A stretch of DNA of 64,000 nucleotides. It comes from the human T2T-CHM13v2.0 reference genome, Homo sapiens. The notes below the pieces were generated by a model. That model had not been told where the DNA came from. It did no database searches and saw only the letters and a list, made by a program, of their open reading frames with translations. The position numbers were made by a program, and so were the translations under genes. The stretch is from assembly GCF_009914755.1 (NCBI RefSeq), contig NC_060938.1; one strand, given 5' to 3'. Position 1 is the stretch's first letter. Every line of letters begins with the position of its first letter. This document shows positions 14,201 to 29,200 of this stretch, in pieces.

Positions 14201-17200
14201 ATTCCGTTCTATTCTACTCCATTCCATTCCTTTCAATTCCATTCCACTTGGGTTGATACAATTCCTTTCTATTCCACTCCATTCCATTAAATTCGATTCC
14301 ATTCCATTCGATTCCCCTCCATTCCATTCCATTCCACAGGGGTTGATTCAATTCCTATCTGTTCCATTCCAGTCCTTTCCATTCAATTCCATTCCATTCC
14401 ATTCGATTCCACTCCATTCATTTCCTTTCCATTCCATTCCATTCCATTCCATCCCATCCCATTCTGTTCCACTCGGGGTTGATTCAAATCCATACTATTC
14501 CATTCCATTCTTTTCCATTCCATTCCATTCTACTCGGGTATATTCAATTGCATTCTGTTGTATTCCATTCCATTCCATTCCATTCCATTCCATTCCACTC
14601 CATTCCACTCATGTTAATGCAATTCATTTCTATTCCCTTCCATTCCATTCCACTCCATTCCATTCGGTTTGATTCCATTCCATTCTATTCAATTACATTC
14701 CTTTCCATTCCATCCCATTCCATTCCATTGCATTCCACTTGGGTTTATTCAGTTGCATTCTATTCCATTCCATTTCATTCCATTCTATTCCATTCCATTC
14801 CATTCCACTCGGGTTGATTCCATTCAATTCCATTCCATTCCATTCCATTCCAATCGAGCAGTTTCAATTCCATTCTATACCACTCCATTCCATTTCATTC
14901 AATTCCATTCCATTCCATTCTATTCCACTCTGGGTGACTCAATTCCATTATATTCTATTCCATTCCATTCAATTCCATTCCTCTCAGGTTGATTCGATTC
15001 CGTTGTTTTCCAATTCATTCCATTCCATTCCATTCCATTCCATTCCACTCGGGTTGATTAAATACCATTATATTCCATTCGATTCCACTCCATTCCATTC
15101 CATTCCATTCCATTCCATTCCATTCCATTCCATTCCATTTCATTCCATACCATTCCATTCCATTCCATACCATTCCATTCCATTCCACTCGGTTTAAATG
15201 AATTCCAGTCTATTCCATTCCATTCCATGCCATTCCATGCAACTCCATTCCATTCCACTTGGGTTGATTCAATTCCATTCTAATACATTCCATTCCATTC
15301 TATTCCATTCCATTCCATTCCATTCGGGTTGATTCAATTCCATTCTATACCATTCCATTCCATTCCATTCCGTTCCATTCCATTCCATTCCATTTCGTTC
15401 AATTCCGCTCGAGTTGATTCAATTCCATTGTATTCCATTCCATTCCATTCCATTCTACTCTGGTGGGTTCCATTACTTTCCTTTCCATTCGATTCCATTC
15501 CATTCCATTCCATTCCATTCTATTCCATTCCATTCCATTCTACTCTGGTGGGTTCCATTACTTTCCTTTCCATTCGATTCCATTCCATTCGATTCCATTC
15601 CATTCCATTCCATTCCATTCCATTCCATTTGATTCCATACCATTCCATTCCATTCCATACCATTCCATTTCATTCCACTCGGTTTAAATGAATTCCAGTC
15701 TATTCCATTCCATTCCATTCCATTCCATTCCATTCCATTCCGCTCGTGTTCATTCAATTCCATTCTATTCCATTCCATTCCATTCCATTCCATTCCATTC
15801 CATTCCATTCGGGTTGATTCAATTCCATTCTATACCATTCCATTCCATTCCATTCCATTCCATTTCGTTCATTTCCGCTCGAGTTGATTCAATTCCATTC
15901 TATTCCATTCCATTCCATTCCATTCTACTCTGGTGGGTTCCATTACTTTCCTTTCCATTCGATTCCATTCCATTCCATTCTATTCCATTCCATTCCATTC
16001 CTTTCTACTCTGGTGGGTTCCCTTACATTCCTTTGCATTCGATTCCATTCGATTCCATTCCATTCCATTCCTTTCCATTCCATTCCATTCCATTCCATTC
16101 CATTCCATTCCATTTCACTGAATTCCCTTCCTTTCCATTCCATTCCATTTAATTCCACTCGGGATGATTCATTTCCATTCCATTCCATTCCATTCCATTC
16201 CTTTGCATTCCATTCCATTCCATTCCATTCCATTCCATTCCATTCCACTGAATTCCCTTCCTTTCCATTCCATTCCATTTAATTCCACTCGGGATGATTC
16301 ATTTCCATTCCATTCCATTCCATTCCATTCCTTTCCATTCAATTCCATTGCGTTACATTCAGCTCGGGTTGATTCAATTCCATTCTATTCCATTCCATTC
16401 CATTCCATTCTACTCGGGTAGATTCCATTACTTTCATTTCCATTCGATTCCATTCCATTCCATTCCACTCCATTCCCTTCCTTTCGTTCCATTCCAATTC
16501 TATTCCATTACATTCAATAACATTCCATTCCATTCCATTCCATTCAATTCCATTCCATTCCATTCCATTCCATACCATTCCATCCCATTCCACTCGGTGT
16601 TGATTCAAATCCATGCTATTCCATCCCATTCCATTACATTACATTCCACTCGTGTTGATTCAATTCCATTCTATTCCCTTCCATTCCATTCCACTCCATT
16701 CCCTTCCATTCCATTCCACTCAGGTTAATTTAATTCAATTCTATTCCGTTCCATTCCATTCCATTCCTTTACACTCGGGTTGATTCAATTCCACTCCCTT
16801 GTATTTCACTACGTTCCATTCCATTCCATTCAATTCCATGGATTCCATTCGTGTTGATTCCATTCCATTACATTCCATTACATTCCTTTCCTTTCCATTC
16901 CCTTCCATTCCATTCCACTGCACTCCATTCCATTCCATTCCGTTACATTCCATTCCCATCCAATCCACAAGGGTGTTGATTTAATTCCATTCTATTCCAT
17001 TCTATTCCATTGTATTCCATTCCATTCCATTCCATTCCATTCCATTCCATTCCATTCCATTCCGTTCTATTCCACTGAATTCCCTTCCTTTCCATTCCAT
17101 TCCATTTAATTCCACTCGGGATGATTCATTTCCATTGAATTCCATTCCATTCCATTCCTTTCCCCTCGGGTTGATTCAATTCCATTCTACTCCATTCCAT

Positions 17201-20200
17201 TCCATTCCATTCGGGTTGCTTCAATTCCCTTCTATGCCATTCCATTCCATTCCATTCCATTCCTTTCCATTCAATTCCATTGCGTTCCATTCAGCTCGGG
17301 TTCATACAATTCCATTCTATTCCATTCCATTCCATTCCATTCTACTCGGGTGGATTCCATTACTTTCATTTCCATTCGATTCCATTCCATTCCATTCCAC
17401 TCCATTCCCTTCCTTTCGTTCCATTCCAATGAAACCCACTCGGGTTGATTCCATTCCATTCCATCCCATTCCATTGCACTCCATTCCATTCCGTTCCTTT
17501 CCACTCGGGTTGATTCAATTCCATTCTATTCCATTCCATCGCATTCCATTACAATCGATTCCATTCCACACGGGTTGATTCAATTCTGTTCTATTCCATT
17601 GCATTCCATTTACCTCCATTGCATTCCATTCCATTCCATTCCATTCCATTCCACTAGGGTGATTCCATTCATTTCTATTCCATTCCATTCCATTCCATTC
17701 AATTCCACTCCGGTTGACTCAATTCCATTATATTGAATTCCATTCCATTCCATTCCATTCCATTCAATTCCTCTCGGGTTGAGTCGTTTCCATTCTGTTC
17801 CATTCCCTTCCATTCCTTTCCATTCCATTCCATTCAATTCCTCTCGGGTTGAGTCGATTCCATTCTGTTCCATTCCATTCCATTCCGATCCACTCGGGTT
17901 GATTAAATACCATTATATTCCATTCCATTCCATTCCATTCCATTCCATTCCATTCCATTCCATACCATTCCATTCCATTAAACTCGGTTTAAATGAATTC
18001 CAGTCTATTCCATTCCAATCAATTCCATTCCATTCCATTCCACTCGGGTTAGTTGCATTTCATTCCGTTCCATTCCATTCCATTCCATTATATTCGATTC
18101 CACTCGGGTTGATTCAATTCCATTCTATTCCATTCCATTCAATTCCATTCCATTCCATTCCATTCCATACCATTCCATCCCATTCCACTCGGTGTTGATT
18201 CAAATCCATGCTATTCCATCCCATTCCATTACTTTACATTCCACTCGAGTTGATTCAATTCCATTCTATTCCCTTCCATTCCATTCCACTCCATTCCCTT
18301 CCATTCCATTCCACTCAGGTTAATTTAATTCAATTCTATTCCGTTCCATTCCATTCCATTCCTTTACTCTCGGGTTGATTCAATTCCACTCCCTTGTATT
18401 TCACTACGTTCCATTCCATTCCATTCAATTCCATTGATTCCATTCGTGTTGATTCCATTCCATTACATTCCATTACATTCCTTTCCTTTCCATTCCCTTC
18501 CATTTCATTGCACTGCATTCCATTCCATTCCATTCCATTAAATTCCATTCCCTTTTATTCCACAAGGGAGTTGATTTAATTCCATTCTATTCTATTCTAT
18601 TCCATTGTATTCCATTCCATTCCATTCCATTCCGTTCTATTCCACTCCATTCCATTCCTTTCCATTCCATTCCATTCCATTCCATTCCATATCACGTGGG
18701 TTGATTCAATTCCATTCTATTCCATTGCATTCCATTCCATTCCATTCCATTTCATTCCCTTCAATTCCACTCGGGTTGATTCAATTCCGTTCTATTCTAC
18801 TCCATTCCATTCCTTTCAATTCCATTCCACTTGGGTTGATACAATTCCTTTCTATTCCACTCCATTCCATTAAATTCGATTCCATTCCATTCGATTCCCC
18901 TCCATTCCATTCCATTCCACAGGGGTTGATTCAATTCCTATCTGTTCCATTCCAGTCCTTTCCATTCAATTCCATTCCATTCCATTCGATTCCACTCCAT
19001 TCATTTCCTTTCCATTCCATTCCATTCCATTCCATCCCATCCCATTCTGTTCCACTCGGGGTTGATTCAAATCCATACTATTCCATTCCATTCTTTTCCA
19101 TTCCATTCCATTCTACTCGGGTATATTCAATTGCATTCTGTTGTATTCCATTCCATTCCATTCCATTCCATTCCATTCCACTCCATTCCACTCATGTTAA
19201 TGCAATTCATTTCTATTCCATTCCATTCCATTCCACTCCATTCCATTCGGTTTGATTCCATTCCATTCTATTCAATTACATTCCTTTCCGTTCCATACCA
19301 TTCCATTCCATTGCATTCCACTTGGGTTTATTCAGTTGCATTCTATTCCATTCCATTTCATTCCATTCTATTCCATTCCATTCCATTCCACTCGGGTTGA
19401 TTCCATTCAATTCCATTCCATTCCATTCCATTCCAATCGAGCAGTTTCAATTCCATTCTATACCACTCCATTCCATTTCATTCAATTCCATTCCATTCCA
19501 TTCTATTCCACTCTGGGTGACTCAATTCCATTATATTCTATTCCATTCCATTCAATTCCATTCCTCTCAGGTTGATTCGATTCCGTTGTTTTCCATTCCA
19601 TTCCATTCCATTCCATTCCATTCCATTCCACTCGGGTTGATTAAATACCATTATATTCCATTCGATTCCACTCCATTCCATTCCATTCCATTCCATTCCA
19701 TTCCATTCCATTCCATTTCATTCCATACCATTCCATTCCATTCCATACCATTCCATTCCATTCCACACGGTTTAAATGAATTCCAGTCTATTCCATTCCA
19801 TTCCATGCCATTCCATGCAACTCCATTCCATTCCACTCGGGTTGATTCAATTCCATTCTAATACATTCCATTCCATTCCATTCCATTCCATTCCATTCCA
19901 TTCGGGTTGATTCAATACCATTCTATACCATTCCATTCCATTCCATTCCATTCCATTCCATTTCGTTCAATTCCGCTCGAGTTGATTCAATTCCATTGTA
20001 TTCCATTCCATTCCGTTCCATTCTACTCTGGTGGGTTCCATTACTTTCCTTTCCATTCGATTCCATTCCATTGCATTCCATTCCATTCTATTCCATTCCA
20101 TTCCATTCTACTCTGGTGGGTTCCATTACTTTCCTTTCCATTCGATTCCATTCCATTCGATTCCATTCCATTCCATTCCATTCCATTCCATTCCATTCCA

Positions 20201-23200
20201 TTTGATTCCATACCATTCCATTCCATTCCATACCATTCCATTTCATTCCACTCGGTTTAAATGAATTCCAGTCTATTCCATTCCATTCCATTCCATTCCA
20301 TTCCATTCCATTCCATTCCGCTCGTGTTCATTCAATTCCATTCTATTCCATTCCATTCCATTCCATTCCATTCCATTCCATTCCATTCCATTCGGGTTGA
20401 TTCAATTCCATTCTATACCATTCCATTCCATTCCATTCCATTCCATTTCGTTCAATTCCGCTCGAGTTGATTCAATTCCATTCTATTCCATTCCATTCCA
20501 TTCCATTCTACTCTGGTGGGTTCCATTACTTTCCTTTCCATTCGATTCCATTCCATTCCATTCTATTCCATTCCATTCCATTCCATTCTACTCTGGTGGG
20601 TTCCATTACATTCCTTTGCATTCGATTCCATTCGATTCCATTCCATTCCATTCCTTTCCATTCCATTCCATTCCATTCCATTCCTTTTCACTGAATTCCC
20701 TTCCTTTCCATTCCATTCCATTTAATTCCACTCGGGATGATTCATTTCCATTCCATTCCATTCCATTCCATTCCTTTGCATTCCATTCCATTCCATTCCA
20801 TTCCATTCCATTCCACTGAATTCCCTTCCTTTCCATTTCATTCCATTTAATTCCACTCGGGATGATTCATTTCCATTCCATTCCATTCCATTCCATTCCT
20901 TTCCATTCAATTCCATTGCGTTACATTCAGCTCGGGTTGATTCAATTCCATTCTATTCCATTCCATTCCATTCCATTCTACTCGGGTAGATTCCATTACT
21001 TTCATTTCCATTCGATTCCATTCCATTCCATTCCACTCCATTCCCTTCCTTTCGTTCCATTCCAATTCTATTCCATTACATTCAATAACATTCCATTCCA
21101 TTCCATTCCATTCAATTCCATTCCATTCCATTCCATTCCATACCATTCCATCCCATTCCACTCGGTGTTGATTCAAATCCATGCTATTCCATCCCATTCC
21201 ATTACATTACATTCCACTCGAGTTGATTCAATTCCATTCTATTCCCTTCCATTCCATTCCACTCCATTCCCTTCCATTCCATTCCACTCAGGTTAATTTA
21301 ATTCAATTCTATTCCGTTCCATTCCATTCCATTCCTTTACACTCGGGTTGATTCAATTCCACTCCCTTGTATTTCACTACGTTCCATTCCATTCCATTCA
21401 ATTCCATGGATTCCATTCGTGTTGATTCCATTCCATTACATTCCATTACATTCCTTTCCTTTCCATTCCCTTCCTTTCCATTCCACTGCACTCCATTCCA
21501 TTCCATTCCGTTACATTCCATTCCCTTCAAATCCACAAGGGTGTTGATTTAATTCCATTCTATTCCATTCTATTCCATTGTATTCCATTCCATTCCATTC
21601 CATTCCATTCCATTCCATTCCATTCCGTTCTATTCCACTGAATTCCCTTCCTTTCCATTCCATTCCATTTAATTCCACTCGGGATGATTCATTTCCATTG
21701 AATTCCATTCCATTCCATTCCTTTCCCCTCGGGTTGATTCAATTCCATTCTACTCCATTCCATTCCATTCCATTCGGGTTGCTTCAATTCCATTCTATGC
21801 CATTCCATTCCATTCCATTCCATTCCTTTCCATTCAATTCCATTGCGTTCCATTCAGCTCGGGTTCATACAATTCCATTCTATTCCATTCCATTCCATTC
21901 CATTCTACTCGGGTGGATTCCATTACTTTCATTTCCATTCGATTCCATTCCATTCCATTCCACTCCATTCCCTTCCTTTCGTTCCATTCCAATGAAACCC
22001 ACTCGGGTTGATTCCATTCCATTCCATCCCATTCCATTGCACTCCATTCCATTCCGTTCCTTTCCACTCGGGTTGATTCAATTCCATTCTATTCCATTCC
22101 ATCGCATTCCATTACAATCGATTCCATTCCACACGGGTTGATTCAATTCTGTTCTATTCCATTGCATTCCATTTACCTCCATTGCATTCCATTCCATTCC
22201 ATTCCATTCCATTCCACTAGGGTGATTCCATTCATTTCTATTCCATTCCATTCCATTCCATTCAATTCCACTCCGGTTGACTCAATTCCATTATATTGAA
22301 TTCCATTCCATTCCATTCCATTCAATTCCTCTCGGGTTGAGTCGTTTCCATTCTGTTCCATTCCCTTCCATTCCTTTCCATTCCATTCCATTCAATTCCT
22401 CTCGGGTTGAGTCGATTCCATTCTGTTCCATTCCATTCCATTCCGATCCACTCGGGTTGATTAAATACCATTATATTCCATTCCATTCCATTCCATTCCA
22501 TTCCATTCCATACCATTCCATTCCATTAAACTCGGTTTAAATGAATTCCAGTCTATTCCATTCCAATCAATTCCATTCCATTCCATTCCACTCGGGTTAG
22601 TTGCATTTCATTCCGTTCCATTCCATTCCATTCCATTATATTCGATTCCACTCGGGTTGATTCAATTCCATTCTATTCCATTCCATTCAATTCCATTCCA
22701 TTCCATTCCATTCCATACCATTCCATCCCATTCCACTCGGTGTTGATTCAAATCCATGCTATTCCATCCCATTCCATTACTTTACATTCCACTCGAGTTG
22801 ATTCAATTCCATTCTATTCCCTTCCATTCCATTCCACTCCATTCCCTTCCATTCCATTCCACTCAGGTTAATTTAATTCAATTCTATTCCGTTCCATTCC
22901 ATTCCATTCCTTTACTCTCGGGTTGATTCAATTCCACTCCCTTGTATTTCACTACGTTCCATTCCATTCCATTCAACTCCATTGATTCCATTCGTGTTGA
23001 TTCCATTCCATTACATTCCATTACATTCCTTTCCTTTCCATTCCCTTCCATTTCATTCCACTGCATTCCATTCCATTCCATTCCATTAAATTCCATTCCC
23101 TTTTATTCCACAAGGGAGTTGATTTAATTCCGTTCTATTCTATTCTATTCCATTGTATTCCATTCCATTCCATTCCATTCCGTTCTATTCCACTCCATTC

Positions 23201-26200
23201 CATTCCTTTCCATTCCATTCCATTCCATTCCATATCACGTGGGTTGATTCAATTCCATTCTATTCCATTGCATTCCATTCCATTCCATTCCATTTCATTC
23301 CCTTCAATTCCACTCGGGTTGATTCAATTCCGTTCTATTCTACTCCATTCCATTCCTTTCAATTCCATTCCACTTGGGTTGATACAATTCCTTTCTATTC
23401 CACTCCATTCCATTAAATTCGATTCCATTCCATTCGATTCCCCTCCATTCCATTCCATTCCACAGGGGTTGATTCAATTCCTATCTGTTCCATTCCAGTC
23501 CTTTCCATTCAATTCCATTCCATTCCATTCGATTCCACTCCATTCATTTCCTTTCCATTCCATTCCATTCCATTCCATCCCATCCCATTCTGTTCCACTC
23601 GGGGTTGATTCAAATCCATACTATTCCATTCCATTCTTTTCCATTCCATTCCATTCTACTCGGGTATATTCAATTGCATTCTGTTGTATTCCATTCCATT
23701 CCATTCCATTCCATTCCATTCCACTCCATTCCACTCATGTTAATACAATTCATTTCTATTCCATTCCATTCCATTCCACTCCATTCCATTCGGTTTGATT
23801 CCATTCCATTCTATTCAATTACATTCCTTTCCGTTCCATACCATTCCATTCCATTGCATTCCACTTGGGTTTATTCAGTTGCATTCTATTCCATTCCATT
23901 TCATTCCATTCTATTCCATTCCATTCCATTCCACTCGGGTTGATTCCATTCAATTCCATTCCATTCCATTCCATTCCAATCGAGCAGTTTCAATTCCATT
24001 CTATACCACTCCATTCCATTTCATTCAATTCCATTCCATTCCATTCTATTCCACTCTGGGTGACTCAATTCCATTATATTCTATTCCATTCCATTCAATT
24101 CCATTCCTCTCAGCTTGATTCGATTCCGTTGTTTTCCAATCCATTCCATTCCATTCCATTCCATTCCATTCCATTCCATTTCATTCCATACCATTCCATT
24201 CCATTCCATACCATTCCATTCCATTCCACACGGTTTAAATGAATTCCAGTCTATTCCATTCCATTCCATGCCATTCCATGCAACTCCATTCCATTCCACT
24301 CGGGTTGATTCAATTCCATTCTAATACATTCCATTCCATTCCATTCCATTCCATTCCATTCCATTCGGGTTGATTCAATTCCATTCTATACCATTCCATT
24401 CCATTCCATTCCGTTCCATTCCATTCCATTCCATTTCGTTCAATTCCGCTCGAGTTGATTCAATTCCATTGTATTCCATTCCATTCCGTTCCATTCTACT
24501 CTGGTGGGTTCCATTACTTTCCTTTCCATTCGATTCCATTCCATTGCATTCCATTCCATTCTATTCCATTCCATTCCATTCTACTCTGGTGGGTTCCATT
24601 ACTTTCCTTTCCATTCGATTCCATTCCATTCGATTCCATTCCATTCCATTCCATTCCATTCCATTCCATTTGATTCCATACCATTCCATTCCATTCCATA
24701 CCATTCCATTTCATTCCACTCGGTTTAAATGAATTCCAGTCTATTCTATTCCATTCCATTCCATTCCATTCCATTCCATTCCATTCCGCTCGTGTTCATT
24801 CAATTCCATTCTATTCCATTCCATTCCATTCCATTCCATTCCATTCCATTCCATTCCATTTCGGGTTGATTCAATTCCATTCTATACCATTCCATTCCAT
24901 TCCATTCCATTCCATTTCGTTCAATTCCGCTCGAGTTGATTCAATTCCATTCTATTCCATTCCATTCCATTCCATTCTACTCTGGTGGGTTCCATTACTT
25001 TCCTTTCCATTCGATTCCATTCCATTCCATTCTATTCCATTCCATTCCATTCCATTCTACTCTGGTGGGTTCCATTACATTCCTTTGCATTCGATTCCAT
25101 TCGATTCCATTCCATTCCATTCCTTTCCATTCCATTCCATTCCATTCCATTCCATTCCTTTTCACTGAATTCCCTTCCTTTCCATTCCATTCCATTTAAT
25201 TCCACTCGGGATGATTCATTTCCATTCCATTCCATTCCATTCCATTCCTTTGCATTCCATTCCATTCCATTCCATTCCATTCCATTCCATTCCATTCCAC
25301 TGAATTCCCTTCCTTTCCATTTCATTCCATTTAATTCCACTCGGGATGATTCATTTCCATTCCATTCCATTCCATTCCATTCCTTTCCATTCAATTCCAT
25401 TGCGTTACATTCAGCTCGGTTTGATTCAATTCCATTCTATTCCATTCCATTCCATTCCATTCTACTCGGGTAGATTCCATTACTTTCATTTCCATTCGAT
25501 TCCATTCCATTCCATTCCACTCCATTCCCTTCCTTTCGTTCCATTCCAATTCTATTCCATTACATTCAATAACATTCCATTCCATTCCATTCCATTCAAT
25601 TCCATTCCATTCCATTCCATTCCATACCATTCCATCCCATTCCACTCGGTGTTGATTCAAATCCATGCTATTCCATCCCATTCCATTACATTACATTCCA
25701 CTCGAGTTGATTCAATTCCATTCTATTCCCTTCCATTCCATTCCACTCCATTCCCTTCCATTCCATTCCACTCAGGTTAATTTAATTCAATTCTATTCCG
25801 TTCCATTCCATTCCATTCCTTTACACTCGGGTTGATTCAATTCCACTCCCTTGTATTTCACTACGTTCCATTCCATTCCATTCAATTCCATGGATTCCAT
25901 TCGTGTTGATTCCATTCCATTACATTCCATTACATTCCTTTCCTTTCCATTCCCTTCCTTTCCATTCCACTGCACTCCATTCCATTCCATTCCGTTACAT
26001 TCCATTCCCTTCAAATCCACAAGGGTGTTGATTTAATTCCATTCTATTCCATTCTATTCCATTGTATTCCATTCCATTCCATTCCATTCCATTCCATTCC
26101 ATTCCATTCCGTTCTATTCCACTGAATTCCCTTCCTTTCCATTCCATTCCATTTAATTCCACTCGGGATGATTCATTTCCATTGAATTCCATTCCATTCC

Positions 26201-29200
26201 ATTCCTTTCCCCTCGGGTTGATTCAATTCCATTCTACTCCATTCCATTCCATTCCATTCGGGTTGCTTCAATTCCATTCTATGCCATTCCATTCCATTCC
26301 ATTCCATTCCTTTCCATTCAATTCCATTGCGTTCCATTCAGCTCGGGTTCATACAATTCCATTCTATTCCATTCCATTCCATTCCATTCTACTCGGGTGG
26401 ATTCCATTACTTTCATTTCCATTCGATTCCATTCCATTCCATTCCACTCCATTCCCTTCCTTTCGTTCCATTCCAATGAAACCCACTCGGGTTGATTCCA
26501 TTCCATTCCATCCCATTCCATTGCACTCCATTCCATTCCGTTCCTTTCCACTCGGGTTGATTCAATTCCATTCTATTCCATTCCATCGCATTCCATTACA
26601 ATCGATTCCATTCCACACGGGTTGATTCAATTCTGTTCTATTCCATTGCATTCCATTTACCTCCATTGCATTCCATTCCATTCCATTCCATTCCATTCCA
26701 CTAGGGTGATTCCATTCATTTCTATTCCATTCCATTCCATTCCATTCAATTCCACTCCGGTTGACTCAATTCCATTATATTGAATTCCATTCCATTCCAT
26801 TCCATTCAATTCCTCTCGGGTTGAGTCGTTTCCATTCTGTTCCATTCCCTTCCATTCCTTTCCATTCCATTCCATTCAATTCCTCTCGGGTTGAGTCGAT
26901 TCCATTCTGTTCCATTCCATTCCATTCCGATCCACTCGGGTTGATTAAATACCATTATATTCCATTCCATTCCATTCCATTCCATTCCATTCCATACCAT
27001 TCCATTCCATTAAACTCGGTTTAAATGAATTCCAGTCTATTCCATTCCAATCAATTCCATTCCATTCCATTCCACTCGGGTTAGTTGCATTTCATTCCGT
27101 TCCATTCCATTCCATTCCATTATATTCGATTCCACTCGGGTTGATTCAATTCCATTCTATTCCATTCCATTCAATTCCATTCCATTCCATTCCATTCCAT
27201 ACCATTCCATCCCATTCCACTCGGTGTTGATTCAAATCCATGCTATTCCATCCCATTCCATTACTTTACATTCCACTCGAGTTGATTCAATTCCATTCTA
27301 TTCCCTTCCATTCCATTCCACTCCATTCCCTTCCATTCCATTCCACTCAGGTTAATTTAATTCAATTCTATTCCGTTCCATTCCATTCCATTCCTTTACT
27401 CTCGGGTTGATTCAATTCCACTCCCTTGTATTTCACTACGTTCCATTCCATTCCATTCAATTCCATTGATTCCATTCGTGTTGATTCCATTCCATTACAT
27501 TCCATTACATTCCTTTCCTTTCCATTCCCTTCCATTTCATTCCACTGCATTCCATTCCATTCCATTCCATTAAATTCCATTCCCTTTTATTCCACAAGGG
27601 AGTTGATTTAATTCCATTCTATTCTATTCTATTCCATTGTATTCCATTCCATTCCATTCCATTCCGTTCTATTCCACTCCATTCCATTCCTTTCCATTCC
27701 ATTCCATTCCATTCCATATCACGTGGGTTGATTCAATTCCATTCTATTCCATTGCATTCCATTCCATTCCATTCCATTTCATTCCCTTCAATTCCACTCG
27801 GGTTGATTCAATTCCGTTCTATTCTACTCCATTCCATTCCTTTCAATTCCATTCCACTTGGGTTGATACAATTCCTTTCTATTCCACTCCATTCCATTAA
27901 ATTCGATTCCATTCCATTCGATTCCCCTCCATTCCATTCCATTCCACAGGGGTTGATTCAATTCCTATCTGTTCCATTCCAGTCCTTTCCATTCAATTCC
28001 ATTCCATTCCATTCGATTCCACTCCATTCATTTCCTTTCCATTCCATTCCATTCCATTCCATCCCATCCCATTCTGTTCCACTCGGGGTTGATTCAAATC
28101 CATACTATTCCATTCCATTCTTTTCCATTCCATTCCATTCTACTCGGGTATATTCATTTGCATTCTGTTGTATTCCATTCCATTCCATTCCATTCCATTC
28201 CATTCCACTCCATTCCACTCATGTTAATGCAATTCATTTCTATTCCATTCCATTCCATTCCACTCCATTCCATTCGGTTTGATTCCATTCCATTCTATTC
28301 AATTACATTCCTTTCCGTTCCATACCATTCCATTCCATTGCATTCCACTTGGGTTTATTCAGTTGCATTCTATTCCATTCCATTTCATTCCATTCTATTC
28401 CATTCCATTCCATTCCATTCCACTCGGGTTGATTCCATTCAATTCCATTCCATTCCATTCCATTCCAATCGAGCAGTTTCAATTCCATTCTATACCACTC
28501 CATTCCATTTCATTCAATTCCATTCCATTCCATTCTATTCCACTCTGGGTGACTCAATTCCATTATATTCTATTCCATTCCATTCAATTCCATTCCTCTC
28601 AGGTTGATTCGATTCCGTTGTTTTCCAATCCATTCCATTCCATTCCATTCCATTCCATTCCATTCCACTCGGGTTGATTAAATACCATTATATTCCATTC
28701 GATTCCACTCCATTCCATTCCATTCCATTCCATTCCATTCCATTCCATTTCATTCCATACCATTCCATTCCATTCCATACCATTCCATTCCATTCCACAC
28801 GGTTTAAATGAATTCCAGTCTATTCCATTCCATTCCATGCCATTCCATGCAACTCCATTCCATTCCACTCGGGTTGATTCAATTCCATTCTAATACATTC
28901 CATTCCATTCCATTCCATTCCATTCCATTCCATTCGGGTTGATTCAATTCCATTCTATACCATTCCATTCCATTCCATTCCGTTCCATTCCATTCCATTC
29001 CATTTCGTTCAATTCCGCTCGGGTTGATTCAATTCCATTGTATTCCATTCCATTCCATTCCATTCTACTCTGGTGGGTTCCATTACTTTCCTTTCCATTC
29101 GATTCCATTCCATTCCATTCCATTCCATTCTATTCCATTCCATTCCATTCTACTCTGGTGGGTTCCATTACTTTCCTTTCCATTCGATTCCATTCCATTC

